In this document: positions 61,032-64,000 of the stretch, in pieces
How positions within the stretch are numbered: the stretch's first letter is position 1
Layout of the letters: each line of letters starts with the position of its first letter
Assembly: GCA_963845065.1 (NCBI GenBank)
Contig: CAWJQQ010000008.1
Coordinates: forward strand, 512,001 to 576,000
Direction: 5' to 3'
Origin: Nitrospirota bacterium
GTDB taxonomy: Bacteria > Nitrospirota > UBA9217
DNA: 64,000 nt
The notes under the pieces: generated by a model
Told to the model about the DNA's origin: nothing
Databases searched by the model: none
Seen by the model: the letters and a program-made list of their open reading frames with translations, nothing else
Translations under genes and position numbers: made by a program

Positions 61032-61135
61032 TAATACTGTGAGCTCAGCACCCCATCATTATAAAGTACTCGTCGATGGTGTGGTAAACCCTGGCGTTCT
61101 TGAACGTGAGCTCGCTATGCTCCTTGTTTACCCCA

Positions 61136-61552
61136 TCATCCATTACGCGCTGTCTTCTCTGCAGTTGTTATTTGCCTTTTTCCCTTCGGAGTCAGCCACG
61201 CGAACACTGCAGCTGCAATGAGCAGTACTGGCACATCGCCGAAGAGATGTCCGCGATGTTCGGGATAAATGAGTGCTTGAATTGCCATGATCACTCCATG
61301 CACGATGCTGGACCAGACGGCGAACCAGATGAGGCTGAGATGATCGAGTGGATTTCTGGCCGCAATGATCAAGAATACACCGAGTGTCGCATAGATCCCG
61401 ATTATCATCTGCAGATAGAGCGATTGGCCCTCCGCGTGCCACGCCCATCCAGAAGGCCAAATTATCGTAAGTGGATAAAGACCAACGACACAGAATGCAC
61501 CTATCAAAACCAAAGCAATTTTCAAATACCTGAGTTGAACGGATAGTTCCAT
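61136..61552 (-). CDS. DUF6632-like membrane protein
   Basis: WPSGWAW, YATLGVFL..AARNP..H.SLIWF..WSS.VH; RBS GGAGG. Confidence 0.75.
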   Translation of the reverse strand: MELSVQLRYLKIALVLIGAFCVVGLYPLTIIWPSGWAWHAEGQSLYLQMIIGIYATLGVFLIIAARNPLDHLSLIWFAVWSSIVHGVIMAIQALIYPEHRGHLFGDVPVLLIAAAVFAWLTPKGKRQITTAEKTARNG

Positions 61553-61683
61553 ATAAATAGCCTCCTTTCTTTCCAAGGATAACCTCAGAAACTCTCGATG
61601 GCTTACCTCGTTATTTGTGATCCACCTGCTTCGTGCACTGCCATCATCTTGCTCAAATAAATATGGTCGGACATGCCGAAAGG

Positions 61684-61773
61684 TCACTCTTCAACAGCTC
61701 AGCCATCTTCGTCTCTTAGAACTCGCAGTATTCCATCCCCCTCTCGTAAAGGATTAGGCTGTGTCGGGAAATA
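61684..61773 (-). ncRNA. Degenerate c-di-GMP-I (GEMM) riboswitch copy
   Basis: Colinear with 63168-63256 but GCCAAAC>GCCTAAT, CGGAAAGCC>TGGAATACT, GCTGCCGAA>GCTGTTGAA. Confidence 0.6.
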
Positions 61774-62173
61774 ATTTTCCAAACTATAGTAATCAAACCA
61801 ATTAATTTTTTCCCTGTCAAAGTCTATTTTCGGCTGTAGATATTCTGCATATACCTGTTGAGGGTAATATGCTACAAAGAAGGTAATACCTGTTAGATTG
61901 TTCGACCAAATAGTCTGCCGGCAGTCGTCGTATGGGTAGAAGTGAGTAGATTCGTGGCATTATACGGGTTGATAATTACACTTTGGATCGTACAGTTATG
62001 AGTGCAGGATCCAGGATGTTGCTGTTGACGTACAACCTTATTATAAAATGCAAAGATACAAACTGAATTCTACGCCTTTGCTAATATTATATGAATATGT
62101 GATTCACCGACAAGGTTGCACCGGTGACCGATAAATAGAAGATTTAGAATAACAGGCTGAAACATGCACACGA

Positions 62174-62262
62174 AGCCAACGTTCTGGGTAACCGGCGCCC
62201 GCAACTGGTTTAATGTGGGCCAACGTGCTTGTCGGGCGTCCGGTTGACCCAGTGGTCAGGAT
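62174..62262 (-). other. attC site
   Basis: Minus strand CCTGAC-CACT-GGGTCAACCGGACGCCCG..CGGGCGCCGGTTACCC-AGAAC-GTTGGCT, with two extrahelical bases. Confidence 0.7.
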
Positions 62263-62335
62263 AGTTGCTTTTTACTGACTATTAGATACCATGTTCCCCA
62301 CAGAAAAAAGGCTATGCCCGCCACTATTTACTATC

Positions 62336-62719
62336 TTACAAGGCATTGGCTGGTCTAGGTATCAGGAAATAGCCGAAGCCCAAAGCAAAGATCAGATACA
62401 GGGTTACAGTTGACCAACCGAGTACATTTACAATCCCAGACAATTGGTGCCTCAGAGCTATGATGAAACCAATGACGTCACCAACGCAAGCGGCGAGTGC
62501 AAACGCTCGTTGGGTGGTTGGCTCGGTCGTATTTCTGGCAAGCCAAAATAGGAGGCCGAGTGTAAAAAAGGCCGACCCGAAGAAACGAGTCATAACTATT
62601 CCAACCTGCTCTGTTGTTGACCCATAGAAAGAAAGCATCATAACAGGAAGTATTATGAACCCGAGACCGAACAAAAGACAGATTATGGCCGCAGCAATCA
62701 TCCAAGTCCTGAGCTTCAT
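62336..62719 (-). CDS. Small 4-TM membrane protein
   Basis: RBS AGGAG; RFFGSA; hydrophobic helices. Confidence 0.75.
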   Translation of the reverse strand: MKLRTWMIAAAIICLLFGLGFIILPVMMLSFYGSTTEQVGIVMTRFFGSAFFTLGLLFWLARNTTEPTTQRAFALAACVGDVIGFIIALRHQLSGIVNVLGWSTVTLYLIFALGFGYFLIPRPANAL

Positions 62720-63167
62720 CTTGAACTCCTTTCTTTTTATGACTTCTCTTAGTTTTCGTCGTGAGAGCAGATCCAAACCATAGGTGCTAAGGATTTCTAT
62801 TGACCCACAATCACCACTTCTATCATATAGTGGAGTGTGTTATAGTTTGCCTAATTCTGAGTAAGAGCCCTCCTCGTTAATATGGAGTTGTATTTCAGAG
62901 TTTATACCCAGAGGGTATCTCGACTTAATGCTAAGAGCACTCAGTACCGCTGTCCTTCCGTTGACTCCGCTAACTTGCCTGACTTGTCCGCCTCCCATGT
63001 TGCGTAGAGGTGTGCCTTCAACTTCTCCTCCACGGGAGATCAGTGTCAGCATAGACCCACGAATATATACACTGGTGCTCTTATGAAGCTGTAGTTCTTC
63101 ATACTTCCTTTTCTTCTATCTAGCTTTTGATCGTATGCCAAACAAAAAGGCCGAGCACACCAAAGGA

Positions 63168-63256
63168 GTCATCCTTCGGCAGCTCGGCCGTCTTGGTCTT
63201 TTAAGACCCGTGGCTTTCCGCCCTCTTCTTGCGAAGAGTTTGGCTTTATCGGGAAA
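63168..63256 (-). ncRNA. c-di-GMP-I (GEMM-I) riboswitch
   Basis: CGAUAAAGCCAAACUCUUC-GCAA-GAAGAGGGCGGAAAGCCACGGGUCU..AGACGGCCGAGCUGCCGAA; overlapping terminator GGCCGAGC/GCUCGGCC-UUUUU (63144-63189). Confidence 0.88.
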
Positions 63257-63714
63257 TAAATTTTATAATTAATATATTAATACCATTTGATCTCTACACT
63301 GTCAAAGCCTATTTCTGGCTGTAGATGTTCTACATGTACCTATTGAGGGGGAACATGCTATGAAGAAAGTAATAGCCTGTTAGATTGATTGACCCCATTC
63401 TACCTGGCTGCTTTAAAATTGCAGAATGTCACATTTATTTTTCAATGTATGCAACTGTTGTGGAGTTCAGAAAGGACATCGCACCACAATTCTCAAACTC
63501 TATTGTTCACCTCAAACAAATTAAGATTTCTGCGATAAACATCTACTACTGTGTAATGCCAAGATTATGACAATGGTGCTAAATACTACTTCAAACATGC
63601 ACTCTCATATTACCGTTGGGACATACATAAATGGATAACATAAAGCTGTAGTGATATACGACAGGATACGCGTCTAATCAGATACTTTTTCAAAGCTTCA
63701 CGCGCACTCTCACA

Positions 63715-64000
63715 TCAGCGGAGCCCGGAAACCTCTGGCGTCCTTGACGCAGAAGTGTCAGCCACGCCGTTTAACCAGCCGCCGCCAAGTGCCATAAACA
63801 AAGCTGCGGTGTCGACAAATCGGTTGGTTTTCGCTTGTGCAAGATTGATAACTGCCTGATGATAAGCCTGTTCGGCGGCGAGCAACGATAAATAATTAAC
63901 GTAGCCGACTTCGAACTGCTTCTGTGCAAGGTTGAGGCTGCGTTTGGCAGCCTGTTCGAAGGCCACTGCTGCTTTCAGAGCATCAGCATCGTATTGGATC
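63715..64000 (-). CDS. Efflux outer-membrane factor (NodT/OprM-like), 3' part
   Basis: YL.LL.AE..., LFMALGGGW. Confidence 0.88.
   Translation of the reverse strand, partial: IQYDADALKAAVAFEQAAKRSLNLAQKQFEVGYVNYLSLLAAEQAYHQAVINLAQAKTNRFVDTAALFMALGGGWLNGVADTSASRTPEVSGLR

Noticed and set aside
61045..61143. 32-aa ORF ending GC-TGA as a second selenoprotein
   Set aside because: No recognisable family and no SECIS-like hairpin next to the TGA
62840..63102. Gene controlled by the intact riboswitch
   Set aside because: The reading from ATG 63102 stops after 18 codons and continues only across frameshifts; product unassignable
257..63570. Numerous antisense or alternate-frame ORFs in the track
   Set aside because: They overlap well-supported genes and lack motifs or RBS; treated as shadow ORFs

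Overview
64-kb accessory region from an anaerobic Gram-negative bacterium. The gene content suggests Desulfobacterota/Nitrospirota (inference only). Most non-mobile genes are on the minus strand. In order: (1) an IS605 element (tnpA+tnpB) inserted in a yeeE/yedE gene; (2) a locus where a UGA-readthrough selenoprotein rhodanese (ExtH-like, with a SECIS-type hairpin) and an ExtI-like porin sit among GT2, radical SAM, B12-radical SAM, FAD oxidoreductase and GT-C genes; (3) decayed integron cassettes and attC sites with no intI; (4) three elements that pair a tyrosine recombinase with an IS91 Y2 transposase and share a cassette-like end structure, one interrupted by an intact RIT element and one apparently inserted in a dif-like palindrome; (5) IS3, IS4 and IS256 elements; (6) a metal-uptake island (TBDR-ExbBD-TonB, CxxC outer-membrane protein, Met/His-rich periplasmic protein) with two RAPP/RPP-type leader ORFs; (7) a duplicated promoter plus c-di-GMP-I riboswitch module. 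No rRNA, tRNA or CRISPR array was seen. All family calls come from motif recognition by eye; no searches were run.
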